Positions 9,512-19,423 of a stretch of 32,000 bases of DNA are shown one piece after another. This stretch comes from Nitratidesulfovibrio vulgaris str. Hildenborough (GTDB taxonomy: Bacteria > Desulfobacterota > Desulfovibrionia > Desulfovibrionales > Desulfovibrionaceae). The notes below the pieces were generated by a model that ran no database searches, was not told the origin of the DNA, and was given only the letters and a program-made list of their open reading frames with translations. The position numbers and the translations under genes were made by a program. The stretch spans positions 2,340,001 through 2,372,000 of the forward strand of contig NC_002937.3 in assembly GCF_000195755.1 (NCBI RefSeq), written 5' to 3'. The number at the start of each line of letters is the position of its first letter. Within the stretch, counting starts at the first letter, position 1.

Positions 9512-10249
9512 TCAGGGCATCGACTGACGGAGCGGATACCTCCCGCAGGTGAAGCGTTCACCCTCGGGGCAATAGCCGAGCCTCTCGCATTTTGCACCGG
9601 CATGCGCGAAAAGTTCAGGGAGCACCTCCCGGCAAAGACCGAGCATGACGTCTGCCACCGCGCGAATCTCCCACTGCGCCCTCATGCAACAGCGTTCTTC
9701 GAAGAAGTGCACAAGTGCACGGCAGTTCATGGTGACCACGATCTTGCTTGCGGCAGCCTGCGGCAGGACGAAGCGGGCATCCTCGTTCGCGCGGCTGCCC
9801 GTACGACCGTCCTGTTCGAGCAATGCCTTGATGTCGCGGTACGCGCTGCCCACATCCTCCATGAACTGCTCGAAACGCGCCTTGGCAGCGGCGTTGCGGG
9901 CGATGGCGGGCGGCATCACGTAATCGAAATGACTGCCGTCGACATAGCGCTGACTCTGCTGTGAGAACGACGCGATGCGATGGCGCACCAACTGGTGCGT
10001 GAGTGCCCGCGAGACCCCCTCGATGGCGAAGGTGAACGACACATGCTCGATGGGACTCGAGTGCCCCGATTCGAGAATGGACGCGATGAAGGCACCCTGC
10101 TTCTCCCGCTCAATCTCGCCGGACAACAGGCGCGGCCACATGTCGGCCACGAAACCGGCGTGGTAGCACTGCCTGAAAGCGGCATAGAGAAGCGAAAGGG
10201 GTTCCGGCGTATGGGCGAGCAGTTCCACACGGGGTTCTGTTCTGGGCAT
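9512..10249 (-). CDS. thyX: FAD-dependent thymidylate synthase ThyX
   Basis: The start MPRTEPRVELLAHTP lies at 10247-10249. The ThyX motif RHRIASFSQQSQRY matches RHR-x7-S. The C-terminal tail has three Cys (CERLGYCPEGERFTCG). Confidence 0.92.
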   Translation of the reverse strand: MPRTEPRVELLAHTPEPLSLLYAAFRQCYHAGFVADMWPRLLSGEIEREKQGAFIASILESGHSSPIEHVSFTFAIEGVSRALTHQLVRHRIASFSQQSQRYVDGSHFDYVMPPAIARNAAAKARFEQFMEDVGSAYRDIKALLEQDGRTGSRANEDARFVLPQAAASKIVVTMNCRALVHFFEERCCMRAQWEIRAVADVMLGLCREVLPELFAHAGAKCERLGYCPEGERFTCGRYPLRQSMP

Positions 10250-10266
10250 GGTTCTATCCTTGATGG

Positions 10267-11229
10267 TCAACCGAGAAGATTCAGATGTCTGTAGGCCTTG
10301 GCCGTGGCTACCCGACCACGCGGCGTACGCTTCAGGAAGCCGCACTGGATGAGATAGGGTTCATAGATGTCCTCGATGGTGCGCACTTCTTCGGCACAGG
10401 CGACGGCCAGCGTCTTGATGCCCACGGGGCCGCCGCCGTAATGCTCGATGAGCACCTCAAGCAGCTTGCGGTCCATCTGGTCTAGCCCGCTCTCGTCCAC
10501 TTCCATGCGACCGAGGGCCTCGCTGGCGAGGTCGGCCGAGATGACCCCGCCCGCGTGGACGGTGGCGAAGTCGCGCACGCGTCGCAGCAGACGGTTGGCG
10601 ATGCGCGGTGTGCCACGGGCACGACGCCCTATCTCTATGGCACCCTCTTCGGTGAGATTGGCCCCTATGATGCGGGCGGTGCGGGCGACGATGCGCGCGA
10701 GGTCGGCCGGCGTGTAGTATTCAAGACGACTGATGATGCCGAACCGGTCGCGCAACGGCGACGAGAGCAGTCCTATGCGCGTGGTGGCTCCCACCAGCGT
10801 GAAGGGCTCGACATCGATCTTGACCGTACGCGCTCCCGGCCCCTGCCCTATGACTAGGTCGAGCTTGAAGTCCTCCATGGCGGGGTAGAGCACCTCCTCC
10901 ACGGCGATGGGCATACGGTGGATCTCGTCCACGAAGAGCAGGTCGTGCCTGCCGAGATTGGTGAGGATGGCGGCGAGGTCCCCGCTGCGCTCCAGCACGG
11001 GCCCTGAAGTGGAGACGAGGTTCACCCCGAGTTCACCCGCCATGATCTGCGCCAGCGTGGTCTTGCCAAGGCCGGGGTTGCCGTAGAACAGCACGTGGTC
11101 CATGGCCTGACCGCGCTCGCGGGCGGCGTCGAGATAGACGCGCATGTTGGCGCGCAATTCGTCCTGTCCGATGAAGTCGTCGAGCAGGCGCGGGCGTACC
11201 GATTCGTCGAGGCACACGTTGGCGGTCAT
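10267..11229 (-). CDS. ruvB: Holliday junction branch migration ATPase RuvB
   Basis: 320 aa. Motifs include [11 protein letters not shown], Walker [20 protein letters not shown] and a C-terminal winged helix. Confidence 0.97.
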   Translation of the reverse strand: MTANVCLDESVRPRLLDDFIGQDELRANMRVYLDAARERGQAMDHVLFYGNPGLGKTTLAQIMAGELGVNLVSTSGPVLERSGDLAAILTNLGRHDLLFVDEIHRMPIAVEEVLYPAMEDFKLDLVIGQGPGARTVKIDVEPFTLVGATTRIGLLSSPLRDRFGIISRLEYYTPADLARIVARTARIIGANLTEEGAIEIGRRARGTPRIANRLLRRVRDFATVHAGGVISADLASEALGRMEVDESGLDQMDRKLLEVLIEHYGGGPVGIKTLAVACAEEVRTIEDIYEPYLIQCGFLKRTPRGRVATAKAYRHLNLLG

Positions 11230-11838
11230 CTAGCGTCCCCTCGCCAGAGCGCGCAATGCGGCGCGCAACGCGCCCCCCACGTCGAGGTCCGGCTCGCCGT
11301 GGAGCACATCCTTGAGCACGTGTGAGGCCTCTTCCTCGCCGTAGCCGAGGTTCGCAAGACCCGCCAGCGCGTCGCGGAAGACACCGCCGGGGGCACCGCC
11401 CGTGACAAGGGGCGCGGCTGCGGGCAGGTCCTCGACCTTGAGCTTGTACTTGAGTTCGAGAAAGATATGCTGCGCCGTCTTCTTGCCGATGCCGGAGACG
11501 CGAGTGAGTGCCAGCACATCGTCTTCAACCACCAAACGCCGCAGGTCGTCCGGCCTGAATTGCGAGAGGATGGCAAGCCCGGTCTTGGCACCGACCTTGG
11601 AGATGGACGTGAGCACGATGAACGTCTGCCGCTCGTCCCATGTGGCGAAGCCGTAGAGTTCAAGCGCATCTTCGCGCACTTCGGTGCTGATGAAGAAGCT
11701 GACCCGCCCCCCCTTGTCGGGAAGACGCGCAAGCGTGTGCCCCGGCACGAAGACCTCGTACCCCACCCCGCCGTCGGTGACGACGACACAGGCGTTGCCC
11801 GCGACTTCGGCCAGACGGCCTTCGACATACGCTATCAT
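11230..11838 (-). CDS. ruvA: Holliday junction DNA helicase subunit RuvA
   Basis: 202 aa. Motifs include MIAYVEGRL and the HhH segments LTSISKVGAKTGLAIL and LTRVSGIGKKTAQHI. The TAG stop (11230-11232) directly abuts the ruvB ATG (11227-11229). Confidence 0.95.
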   Translation of the reverse strand: MIAYVEGRLAEVAGNACVVVTDGGVGYEVFVPGHTLARLPDKGGRVSFFISTEVREDALELYGFATWDERQTFIVLTSISKVGAKTGLAILSQFRPDDLRRLVVEDDVLALTRVSGIGKKTAQHIFLELKYKLKVEDLPAAAPLVTGGAPGGVFRDALAGLANLGYGEEEASHVLKDVLHGEPDLDVGGALRAALRALARGR

Positions 11839-12211
11839 GCTTCAACCTCGTGCGTTTCCATGAATGGAGGTGCAGCCTACACCAAAAGCCGCGCACCTGA
11901 AAGAGAGGCACGCAGGGGCGGGCAGGCGAAGGGGCCTACGCCTTCACATGCCAGAGTACAAGACACAAGGGGCACAAAGGGCATGAAGGGCACTGTCATC
12001 CGCAACAGGCCGGCGTCAAGGCATTCAGCAGACACCGCGGGCCGACCTCCACGATGAGGTCAGGCGCCCCGGACTTGCGTCCGGCCCAATGCCCCCGATG
12101 CACCGGGCGTTAACCCTGACTCGGCACAACAGGTGGCGCTCCGCAACTGCCCCTCACCCGGGCAGGCACCACGCCCGATATGGGCGAGCGCACTGCCCCG
12201 CCCTTATTCTA

Positions 12212-12712
12212 TCAGGCTAACCCCGCCAGACGCGTCAGGCGCCGCTGGTTCAGATGGCAGATGGCTGCGGCAAGGGCATCACCGGTGTCGAGTTTCCAGT
12301 CGGGTCGCACGCCAAGCACCTGCCCGACCATGTAGCCCACCTGTTCCTTCTCTGCCCTGCCCGTACCGACCAGTGCCTTCTTGATGACCGACGGCCTGTA
12401 GTCGATGACCGGCACACCGTGCGCGGCACACGCAGCCACGACGACCCCGCGCGCCTGCCCCAGCTTGAGGGCCGTAGCCACGTTCTGCGCCGCATGGACG
12501 TCTTCGACCGCCGCCTCGTCGGGGGTATGGGCGCGGACGACATCGGCAAGCTGACGGTAGAGGTCACCGAGGCGCGCAGCGAAATCGCCGCCTTTGGGGC
12601 GAATGGCCCCGCAATCGACGAGCGTGAGCACGCCCGAAGCCTCGCGCACGATGCCCCAACCCGTACACTGCGAACCGGGGTCTATGCCTATGACCGTGAC
12701 GGAAGCCGCCAT
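12212..12712 (-). CDS. ruvC: Crossover junction endodeoxyribonuclease RuvC
   Basis: 166 aa. The sequence VIGIDPGSQCTGWGIV contains the catalytic Asp, and the family length is typical. Confidence 0.95.
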   Translation of the reverse strand: MAASVTVIGIDPGSQCTGWGIVREASGVLTLVDCGAIRPKGGDFAARLGDLYRQLADVVRAHTPDEAAVEDVHAAQNVATALKLGQARGVVVAACAAHGVPVIDYRPSVIKKALVGTGRAEKEQVGYMVGQVLGVRPDWKLDTGDALAAAICHLNQRRLTRLAGLA

Positions 12713-12754
12713 GCGTCCCCCTGCCCCGCCATGCGGCAGGGCGGCGTAAATGAA

Positions 12755-12778
12755 GGAGCCCGCCGTACGGCGGGCTCC
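12755..12778 (-). terminator. Hairpin between yebC and ruvC (terminator or attenuator)
   Basis: GGAGCCCGCC-GTAC-GGCGGGCTCC forms a perfect 10-bp stem. On the minus strand it is followed by TTCATTTACG. Confidence 0.45.
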
Positions 12779-12786
12779 GGAACAGT

Positions 12787-13530
12787 CTAGCCCAGTTCGG
12801 CGAGCAGTTCGTCCGGCAGGTCGAAGTTGGCGTGCACGTTCTGCACGTCGTCGTTGTCTTCGAGGGCGTCCACAAGCCTCATGAGCTTGCGGCCCGTCTC
12901 CGCGTCGACTTCTATCTCGTTCTGCGGAACCATGGTGAATTCGGCGGACTGCATCTCCACGCCAGCGGCTTCGAGGGCTTCGCGCACGGCGTTGAAATCG
13001 GCAGCGGCGGTCACCACTTCCCAGCTTTCGCCTTCATCGGTCACGTCCTCGGCACCGGCTTCGAGCGCCACTTCCATGAGCTGCTCTTCGGTGTACTTGT
13101 CCTTCTCGAGGGTGATGACGCCCTTGCGGTCGAACATCCACGCCACGCACCCCGACTCGCCCATGGAACCGCCGTGCTTGCTGAGGATGTGACGCACTTC
13201 GGCCACGGTGCGGTTCTTGTTGTCGGTAGCCACTTCGACGATGAGTGCCACACCGCCGGGGCCGTACCCTTCGTAGGCCATTTCAAGGATGTCGCCACCG
13301 GCAAGTTCGCCCGTGCCTTTCTTGATGGCGTTCTCTATCTTGTCCTTGGGCAGGTTGATGGCCTTGGCCGCAGCAATGGCGGCACGCAGACGCGAGTTGC
13401 CGACGGGGTCACCGCCTGCCTTGGCTGCGATGATGATTTCCTTGGCGGCCTTCGTGAACATCTTGCCCCGCTTGGCGTCCTGACGGCCCTTGCGGTGCTG
13501 GATGTTTGCCCATTTGCTGTGTCCTGCCAT
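12787..13530 (-). CDS. yebC: YebC/PmpR-family DNA-binding regulator
   Basis: 247 aa. [27 protein letters not shown] is the invariant family N-terminus. Confidence 0.95.
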   Translation of the reverse strand: MAGHSKWANIQHRKGRQDAKRGKMFTKAAKEIIIAAKAGGDPVGNSRLRAAIAAAKAINLPKDKIENAIKKGTGELAGGDILEMAYEGYGPGGVALIVEVATDNKNRTVAEVRHILSKHGGSMGESGCVAWMFDRKGVITLEKDKYTEEQLMEVALEAGAEDVTDEGESWEVVTAAADFNAVREALEAAGVEMQSAEFTMVPQNEIEVDAETGRKLMRLVDALEDNDDVQNVHANFDLPDELLAELG

Positions 13531-13583
13531 GCGTCCTCCTTATATGCACGAGGGAAGGCGACGCAGCCCTCCCCCTCGGGGAA

Positions 13584-14198
13584 TCACTTGTCGGTGTCCG
13601 ATGTCTCCACCCCGCGGTAGCCGAGGCAGACATAGAACGTTTCCTTGCTTTCAGCCCGCGAACTCTTGGGCTTGAACGACTTGACGGCACTGAACCTCTG
13701 GCGCATCGCCTGTACCAGTTCCTGCACGTCAGGCCCCATGAAAATCTTGACCACGAAACTGCCGCCCTTTATCAGGCAACGGTCGGCCACTGCAAGTGCC
13801 TCAAGGCACAATTCCAGCGACCGCGCCTGGTCGGTGAAGCGCGTTCCGGTGGTGCGGGGGGCCATGTCGCTGATGACCACGTCGAAGGGTGCTATCTCGT
13901 CAAGCAGGTTCTCGAACGCCTCTGAACGCTCGAAGACGTTCTCCTGCATGAAGGTGACGTTGTCCGGGAAGACGGTATCCGTCTCCTGAAGGTCGCAGGC
14001 CAGCACGCGCCCGCGTGGCCCCACCTTCTCGGCCGCGCCAAGAGACCACGAGCCGGGGGCGGCACCGAGGTCGAGCACCTTCATGCCCTGACGGAATATC
14101 TTGAATCTGTTGTCGATTTCCTTAAGCTTGTAGACAGACCGGGCGGGATAGTTCTCCTGCTTGGCCTTGAGAAAGTAATGGTCGCGGTATTTCTTCAT
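13584..14198 (-). CDS. rlmE: 23S rRNA (uridine-2'-O)-methyltransferase RlmE/FtsJ
   Basis: The start [29 protein letters not shown] lies at 14196-14198. The SAM motif [12 protein letters not shown] and VVISDMAP are present. Confidence 0.92.
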   Translation of the reverse strand: MKKYRDHYFLKAKQENYPARSVYKLKEIDNRFKIFRQGMKVLDLGAAPGSWSLGAAEKVGPRGRVLACDLQETDTVFPDNVTFMQENVFERSEAFENLLDEIAPFDVVISDMAPRTTGTRFTDQARSLELCLEALAVADRCLIKGGSFVVKIFMGPDVQELVQAMRQRFSAVKSFKPKSSRAESKETFYVCLGYRGVETSDTDK

Positions 14199-14253
14199 GC
14201 ATTCACCTGCGGCACCTTGTAACCGAAAGGGCGTCGAACGCCAAGAGGCCATC

Positions 14254-16068
14254 ATGCCACGTCCGCAGAGAAGCCGCATCACCGGCGAAGACGGTTCGCA
14301 ACGCACCCTCGCAAGCGGCCCGGACGCCTACGACTGCATAACCATGCCACAGGCGAACGCCGCCGCACCGGGTGTTCTCGTGCTGGGACTCGGCCCGGTA
14401 CCGGCTGACGTCATGGCTGTGGTCGAAAGGCTCATGGCGGGGCGCGGGCATTCCATCCGAGACAACGCAGACACCACCGGCCCCGCCCCCTGTGGCACCG
14501 ACGGCGACATCCTCCGAGGCCACAACGCCCACTTCGCCCACCTCGCCCACCTCGCTGAGACCTCCAGCCCCAGCCCACAGGCTACCGCGCCCCGACACAC
14601 TGCACCGACCACAGGTGACGACCCCACGTTACCCATCGGCGATGACGGCAGGGCTGCCACTTCCGCCACAGCCCGAATCATCTACATCGAATGCGACGCC
14701 TTCGCCGCAGTCATGCCCCCCGCATGGCACGCTGCCATTCCCGGACACTGGCTGCGGGCGCACCCCGACGACCTTCAGACGCTCTTGCGCCATGTCGGGC
14801 ACGTCGTCACCTTCCGGCAGGCGGCAAGGCTCTTCCCTTCGTTCTGGGGGCCGATGCTTGGAAGGGTCATGGCGGCACGCATCGCGCCTCGCACACCGCA
14901 AGGGAGCTCGCGCACCGTCCTCCTGCCGGGCACCGAACGTTCGCTGCTTCTGCCTGAAATCGAAGCCGCCCTCATCGACGAGGGATATACCCCCCTGCGC
15001 GTCGCACCCGACGACCTGAACACGCGGCTGCCGCGCATCCTTGCCGATGAACGCCCGACCATGCTGCTGTCGGTCAACCTACAAGGGCTTGATGCCGCCG
15101 GAGAACGCTTCCGTCTGCTACAGGCATGCGGCGTGCCCGTGGCCCTGTGGTGCGTGGACAACCCGTGGCATCTGCTTTCGGCCCTGCGCACCCCGTGGTG
15201 GCGCGAGACCCTGCTGTGCGTGACCGACGCCAGCTTCATCCCCGCCCTCCGTGCCCACGGCGCGCAACACGTCCTGCATCTGCCGCTGGCCGCCAGCCCG
15301 CACCATTTCGCCCCTGTCGAAGTGAACGCGCAATGCCCCCCAGCCGCGTATGACGACACGTCCGGGACGCCTCTCCAGACGATTCTCTTCGTCGGACGCT
15401 CCGGCTTTCCCGACAAGGCACGCTTCTTCGCCGGATGCCGTGTCTCCGACGACGACCTCGCCGCCGCGCGCGACCTGCTGGACGCCGCCGACGCCCCACG
15501 CCAGCCCGACTTCCACTGGTGGACAGAACGGCAGGGGCTGACGAGGCTGTGGCCCGACAAGACTGTACGCACCGCCGGGTATGGCGCCGAATCGTGCGCC
15601 CTGCTGCGCCGCATTCGCTACCTTGAGGCCGCGTGCGACGTGGGTCTCACCGTAGTGGGCGATACGGCATGGCGCGACCATCTCCCGCGCCTGCACGACC
15701 TGCGTCCTCCGGTGGACTATTACGGCACGCTGCCACGACTCTACCGGCAGGCACAGCTGACGCTGAACGTCACCAGTCTGCTGCTGCCCGCCGGACTGAC
15801 GCAACGGCACTTCGACGTATGGATGGCGGGCGGCTTCTGCATCACCGATGCCACCCCCGGACTCGACATCTTCCCGAAGAGACTCGCCGCAGAAGTGAGC
15901 ATGTCCCACCCCTCTGCCCTGCCAGTGCTGTGCCGTCGGCTGGAAGACGACGCCACACTGCGTGGGGACCTTGCCGCTGCATGGCGAACCTGCATCACCG
16001 AAGCGCACACCTACAGCCACAGACTCCTCACTCTCTTCGCGGCACTGGACGCCCTCGACAGAACATAG
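14254..16068 (+). CDS. Hypothetical protein with CgeB-like/DUF3880-type glycosyltransferase-fold C-terminal half
   Basis: ATG 14254 has AAGAGG 7 nt upstream; alternative starts lie at 14197 and 14344. The C-terminal 380 aa ([10 protein letters not shown]...[10 protein letters not shown]...[16 protein letters not shown]...[31 protein letters not shown]) resembles CgeB-family proteins from memory. The N-terminal third is low-complexity. Confidence 0.6.
   Translation: MPRPQRSRITGEDGSQRTLASGPDAYDCITMPQANAAAPGVLVLGLGPVPADVMAVVERLMAGRGHSIRDNADTTGPAPCGTDGDILRGHNAHFAHLAHLAETSSPSPQATAPRHTAPTTGDDPTLPIGDDGRAATSATARIIYIECDAFAAVMPPAWHAAIPGHWLRAHPDDLQTLLRHVGHVVTFRQAARLFPSFWGPMLGRVMAARIAPRTPQGSSRTVLLPGTERSLLLPEIEAALIDEGYTPLRVAPDDLNTRLPRILADERPTMLLSVNLQGLDAAGERFRLLQACGVPVALWCVDNPWHLLSALRTPWWRETLLCVTDASFIPALRAHGAQHVLHLPLAASPHHFAPVEVNAQCPPAAYDDTSGTPLQTILFVGRSGFPDKARFFAGCRVSDDDLAAARDLLDAADAPRQPDFHWWTERQGLTRLWPDKTVRTAGYGAESCALLRRIRYLEAACDVGLTVVGDTAWRDHLPRLHDLRPPVDYYGTLPRLYRQAQLTLNVTSLLLPAGLTQRHFDVWMAGGFCITDATPGLDIFPKRLAAEVSMSHPSALPVLCRRLEDDATLRGDLAAAWRTCITEAHTYSHRLLTLFAALDALDRT
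14530..14556 (+). repeat. Imperfect 9-bp tandem repeat x3 inside the CgeB-like CDS
   Basis: The sequence is CACTTCGCC CACCTCGCC CACCTCGCT, encoding HFAHLAHLA. Confidence 0.6.
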
Positions 16069-16096
16069 CCTTCACGACAGAAATGCGCGTCCACCG

Positions 16097-16125
16097 TTGA
16101 CAGCCAAACGCACCGGGAGTATACG
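16097..16125 (+). promoter_or_regulatory. Sigma-70-type promoter of tRNA-Ala
   Basis: TTGACA (16097-16102), a 17-nt spacer, then TATACG (16120-16125). It lies about 40 nt upstream of the tRNA 5' end. Confidence 0.5.
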
Positions 16126-16164
16126 ACGTTCTCGCGTTCGGCGGCCCTGTCCGCCACGCCCGAT

Positions 16165-16240
16165 GGGGATGTAGCTCAGCTGGGAGAGCGCAGCGTTCGC
16201 AATGCTGAAGTCAGGGGTTCAATCCCCCTCATCTCCACCA
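16165..16240 (+). tRNA. tRNA-Ala (anticodon CGC), CCA encoded
   Basis: 76 nt. The fold is acceptor GGGGATG/CATCTCC with the G3:U70 Ala identity pair, D arm GCTC-AGCTGGGA-GAGC, anticodon stem CAGCG/TGCTG with loop TTCGCAA, and T arm AGGGG-TTCAATC-CCCCT. Confidence 0.95.
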
Positions 16241-16250
16241 CGCAAGCAAA

Positions 16251-16282
16251 GGCTCATGGTTGTCAGACCATGGGCCTTTTTG
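16251..16282 (+). terminator. Rho-independent terminator of tRNA-Ala
   Basis: GGCTCATGGT-tgtcag-ACCATGGGCC forms a 10-bp stem with one G-U pair, followed by TTTTTG. Confidence 0.7.
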
Positions 16283-16525
16283 CATAGCTCCCCACAAGTC
16301 ATATGTGCCACATGTGTTGTGTGTGCTGAGCGAGTCATTACCTGACAGTTACCCCTTCAAGATGGTGTATCATGCCGTGCCTGAATAGGTAGTGATGAGG
16401 TTCCAAAGCCTCGTGAATCATCAGAAAGTATAACGCCCGTTCTCTTCAGTTCTTTCTCGCGAGCCTACCCGTCTGTCCGGCTCACCAGTGCCCTTCATGT
16501 TGTTGTCCAGATTCTCCAGAGACAA

Positions 16526-16557
16526 GAAAGTGGGCGCATGCCACTGCATGCGCCCAC
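16526..16557 (-). terminator. Strong hairpin downstream of the autotransporter gene
   Basis: AAGTGGGCGCATG-ccactg-CATGCGCCCACTT forms a 13-bp perfect stem. On the minus strand it is followed by TCTTGTCTCT. Confidence 0.5.
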
Positions 16558-16695
16558 TTCAAATCAAAACAGGTCGCTACCCTATGGATTCATCAGGATG
16601 CTGATAGCGGCCATGTTTTATACCGGGTCTGCTTTTCAGCAGAGATGCCCAGACTGCGAACCGTGCCTTTCGCCATCACGCAGCCGTGCACGGCA

Positions 16696-18633
16696 TCAGA
16701 ATTCATACATCAGTGAGAGGTTGCCTCCTACGCCCTCACGTATGCCGGTGTAGCCCTGTGCGCCAAGATCAATAGAAAAGCCCGTGTCTGGCAGAGGCTT
16801 CCATGTGACCCCCACCTCGCCCAAGCCCGTGCCACCCTTCAGGCTTGGCGCGGGAGCGTCAACTCCGGCCACCACGCTGTGCGCCGTACCATCGAACTCG
16901 TATTCCCACGCCGCACCGAAGTACGGCGCGATGCATTCATTCAGCGAGTAGCCGAAACGCGCCCCAAGGCGGGTACGATGCGAATCCACGTCATCAAGGG
17001 TCACTGCGTCACCCAGTATGCTCACGTCCGCCCCGTTTGTGTGCGTCCAGAAATACTTGGCGTACACGTCAATCCAAGCCTGCTCTGTGATGTTCCAGAT
17101 GTACCCCAGGCCCGTGTGCGCACCGTAATAGGCAACACTGATGTCGTACTCGGCCTCGCCCAGCGTCGGGTTCAGGTCATCGCTTCTGTAGTCGGAACGA
17201 AGCCTGCCCGCACGCACCGTCGCTTCGGCATACAGCCCACGCGCTACACCCTCGGTGACTTCCACCCGGCCAAGGAGACCGCCGCCCACAGAACGGCTAT
17301 CGCCCTGCGCCGTGATACTGTCGCCCGCAGCCGTTTCGTTGTGGCTGTCGTAGGAACCGATGCTTGTCTCAAAGAACCCTCCCACAAGCAGGTCTACGCC
17401 GCTTACGGGCAGGCGTTTGGCAAGACCGGTCATGAGGGCAACACTCTGCATGTCCACGTGAGACCCCGTTGCATAGCGAGAGGTCGCGCCGGACGTGGCG
17501 CCGAAGCCCGACCAGCCTGCCTGCGCCATGTTGTCCGCGCCAAGTGAGGCTGCCGCACGCGCATTGCCCATACCCGGCCCGGCAGCAAGGTCCGCGCCTT
17601 GCGTCACAAGGGCGATGCTTGCCGTCTTGCCTTCGGACGGGGATTTGCGGACACTTTCATCCGTCTGTTCGATGCTGATCACGCGGGCCACCAGACTGTT
17701 GAGGGTTGTTTCCAGACCGAAGGTGTAGAGGCTCGAAATGCCCGCCATGCCCGAGACATTGTTGGTCATGCCCGTGTCGGCGTATAGTCGTGAGGTGCTT
17801 TTGATAAGGGTAACGGTGTCATTGACAGCCAGCGGGGTTCCGCTGCCCATGATGCCCACGCCCACGGTGGTGGGGGCGATGGAAGGGCCGGATGAGGGAG
17901 TTTCGATCACAACCCCGTTATCCACGGTGAGCACCGTGTCGCCGGCCCGCACCGTTCCGGGCAGATAGAAGCGGAAATGCTGGAAATTTTCGATGCCCAG
18001 AGTCTGAAGGTTCAGGGTATGGATTTCCAGTGTGTTGTCGGTGCGCGCGTCCCGCGCCGGGTCACCCGAACCGACCTCTGCGCGACCGCCCATAAGGGCT
18101 GTTCTGCTCAGGTCAGGATTGCCGAAGATACGCAGGGTATTACCGGTAGCGATGCCCCCCGTAGAAAACCCACCAAATACGCCGAGGGGACTTAGCGTGC
18201 CGCCGGTTATGATCACCGTATTATTGCTGGCGTTACCGCTGCCGGAATCATCGCTGAAGCCACCGTATAACCCTTCACCAGCATATGTGCCGCTGGTTAT
18301 TGTCACCTGATTGCCGTTGGCGTTGCCGCCATCGCTGTAGCCACCGATGATGGGGCCGCTGATGTTGAGGTCGGTAATATCGGGGTCAAAAATGACGTTC
18401 CCGCCCGTGACACCCGTGGTGTCGGACTTATAGATACCAACGTAGCCGGGATTCGCGAAATTCCAGCTAGGCAGGTTTTCGGTGGTGCCACCAAAGTTGG
18501 CAGCCCACAGAGGCGCGGCAAGTGCGAACAATGCAAGAAAAAGCAGTGTTGCTGCAACGCGCGCGGAATGGCTGTGCGCGCGCCACGGAATTGTGGTAGC
18601 CTGTGGGGGCCGCAGACGCATAGGTAATAACAT
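16696..18633 (-). CDS. Autotransporter outer-membrane protein (Gly-rich passenger plus C-terminal beta-barrel)
   Basis: The start MLLPMRLRPP lies at 18631-18633 with GGAAGGG upstream. There is a long signal peptide ending LFALAAPLWA-AN. The passenger has repeated GG(Y/F)S..GN..N.V.I motifs. The C-terminal ~270 aa alternate in beta-strand pattern and end in the OMP terminus NLSLMYEF. Confidence 0.85.
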   Translation of the reverse strand: MLLPMRLRPPQATTIPWRAHSHSARVAATLLFLALFALAAPLWAANFGGTTENLPSWNFANPGYVGIYKSDTTGVTGGNVIFDPDITDLNISGPIIGGYSDGGNANGNQVTITSGTYAGEGLYGGFSDDSGSGNASNNTVIITGGTLSPLGVFGGFSTGGIATGNTLRIFGNPDLSRTALMGGRAEVGSGDPARDARTDNTLEIHTLNLQTLGIENFQHFRFYLPGTVRAGDTVLTVDNGVVIETPSSGPSIAPTTVGVGIMGSGTPLAVNDTVTLIKSTSRLYADTGMTNNVSGMAGISSLYTFGLETTLNSLVARVISIEQTDESVRKSPSEGKTASIALVTQGADLAAGPGMGNARAAASLGADNMAQAGWSGFGATSGATSRYATGSHVDMQSVALMTGLAKRLPVSGVDLLVGGFFETSIGSYDSHNETAAGDSITAQGDSRSVGGGLLGRVEVTEGVARGLYAEATVRAGRLRSDYRSDDLNPTLGEAEYDISVAYYGAHTGLGYIWNITEQAWIDVYAKYFWTHTNGADVSILGDAVTLDDVDSHRTRLGARFGYSLNECIAPYFGAAWEYEFDGTAHSVVAGVDAPAPSLKGGTGLGEVGVTWKPLPDTGFSIDLGAQGYTGIREGVGGNLSLMYEF

Positions 18634-19064
18634 AAACCCTTCCTGAAGTTGTAACGTGGTGTTTCCCCTGACGTGTTGCGGATGCAAATATGCCCGGTGC
18701 AGCGGGTGCTGACATCGGGCATGGATACGGCCTCATTCAATAGAGGCTATATCTGCAATACAGGTAATAATAACAGTATGTTTTTGTTATGTAAACAGTA
18801 TATACCACCTATCTACAGTGTGTGAGGACATTCGACGCATCACCGAAAAACAACGATGCGGCCTTCGGAATGAGTGGCCAGAGCGCACACATCAGCACCA
18901 TATTGCCGCTCATGCCTTCGCGCCTGCCTATATAGCACGATGTCCCAAAACCATGTCGAAGGGCATGGCCAGAGACAATGAAGCTTCACGGAAGATTCTA
19001 TAATGCCGCAGATAGAGACCATCTCCGGCCGCGAAGCCTGAATTCGCCTTCCACAACGAACGAA

Positions 19065-19104
19065 TGGCCTTTCTCCCTTGAAATGCTTCTGAGGAGAAAG
19101 GCCA
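19065..19104 (-). terminator. Hairpin downstream of the Cys-type HesB-like gene
   Basis: TGGCCTTTCTCC-N16-GGAGAAAGGCCA forms a 12-bp stem. On the minus strand it is followed by TTCGTTCGTTGTGG. Confidence 0.45.
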
Positions 19105-19129
19105 GGATAACCTTATCCGCAGGAAGGCA

Positions 19130-19423
19130 TCATGCCTGTTCAGCGAAGAGCAGCACTTCGTTGTTGTCGTTGAACGACAGTGTGAACACCGTGCCGTACT
19201 TCACGAGAAAGTCCTTTTCGGCAATGAACGGCACGTCCTCGACGTCGACGCGGACATCCTCATCCATATCCTGTTCTTCCATTCCGAGGCCGAGGATGAC
19301 CTTCGAACTGCATCCCGACCCGTGCTTGTATTCGCGCAGGCGCACGCAGGTTCCGTCATCCTCTTCGGCAAGCATCGCACGTAGTTTGTCCAGCATGGCT
19401 GCGGGTACGGTAAGGGTGAACAT
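19130..19423 (-). CDS. Small HesB/IscA-like protein, Cys form (97 aa)
   Basis: ATG 19421-19423 has AAGGAG upstream. The product is MFTLTVPAAMLDKLRAMLAEEDDGTCVRLREYKHGSGCSSKVILGLGMEE... The R-L-R-x-x-x-x-G-x-G-C-S pattern resembles the first-Cys region of A-type carriers, but the C-terminal CGC is absent. Cys38 is encoded at 19310-19312. Confidence 0.75.
   Translation of the reverse strand: MFTLTVPAAMLDKLRAMLAEEDDGTCVRLREYKHGSGCSSKVILGLGMEEQDMDEDVRVDVEDVPFIAEKDFLVKYGTVFTLSFNDNNEVLLFAEQA

Noticed and set aside
16538-16753. 71-aa plus-strand ORF downstream of tRNA-Ala.
   Set aside because: It starts inside the 13-bp terminator hairpin, overlaps the autotransporter 3' end, and has no RBS or family resemblance.
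19020-19026. CATCTCC, matching the 3' acceptor arm of tRNA-Ala, as a possible distal att repeat bounding the low-GC islet.
   Set aside because: The match is only 7 nt, which is within chance expectation, and there is no integrase nearby.
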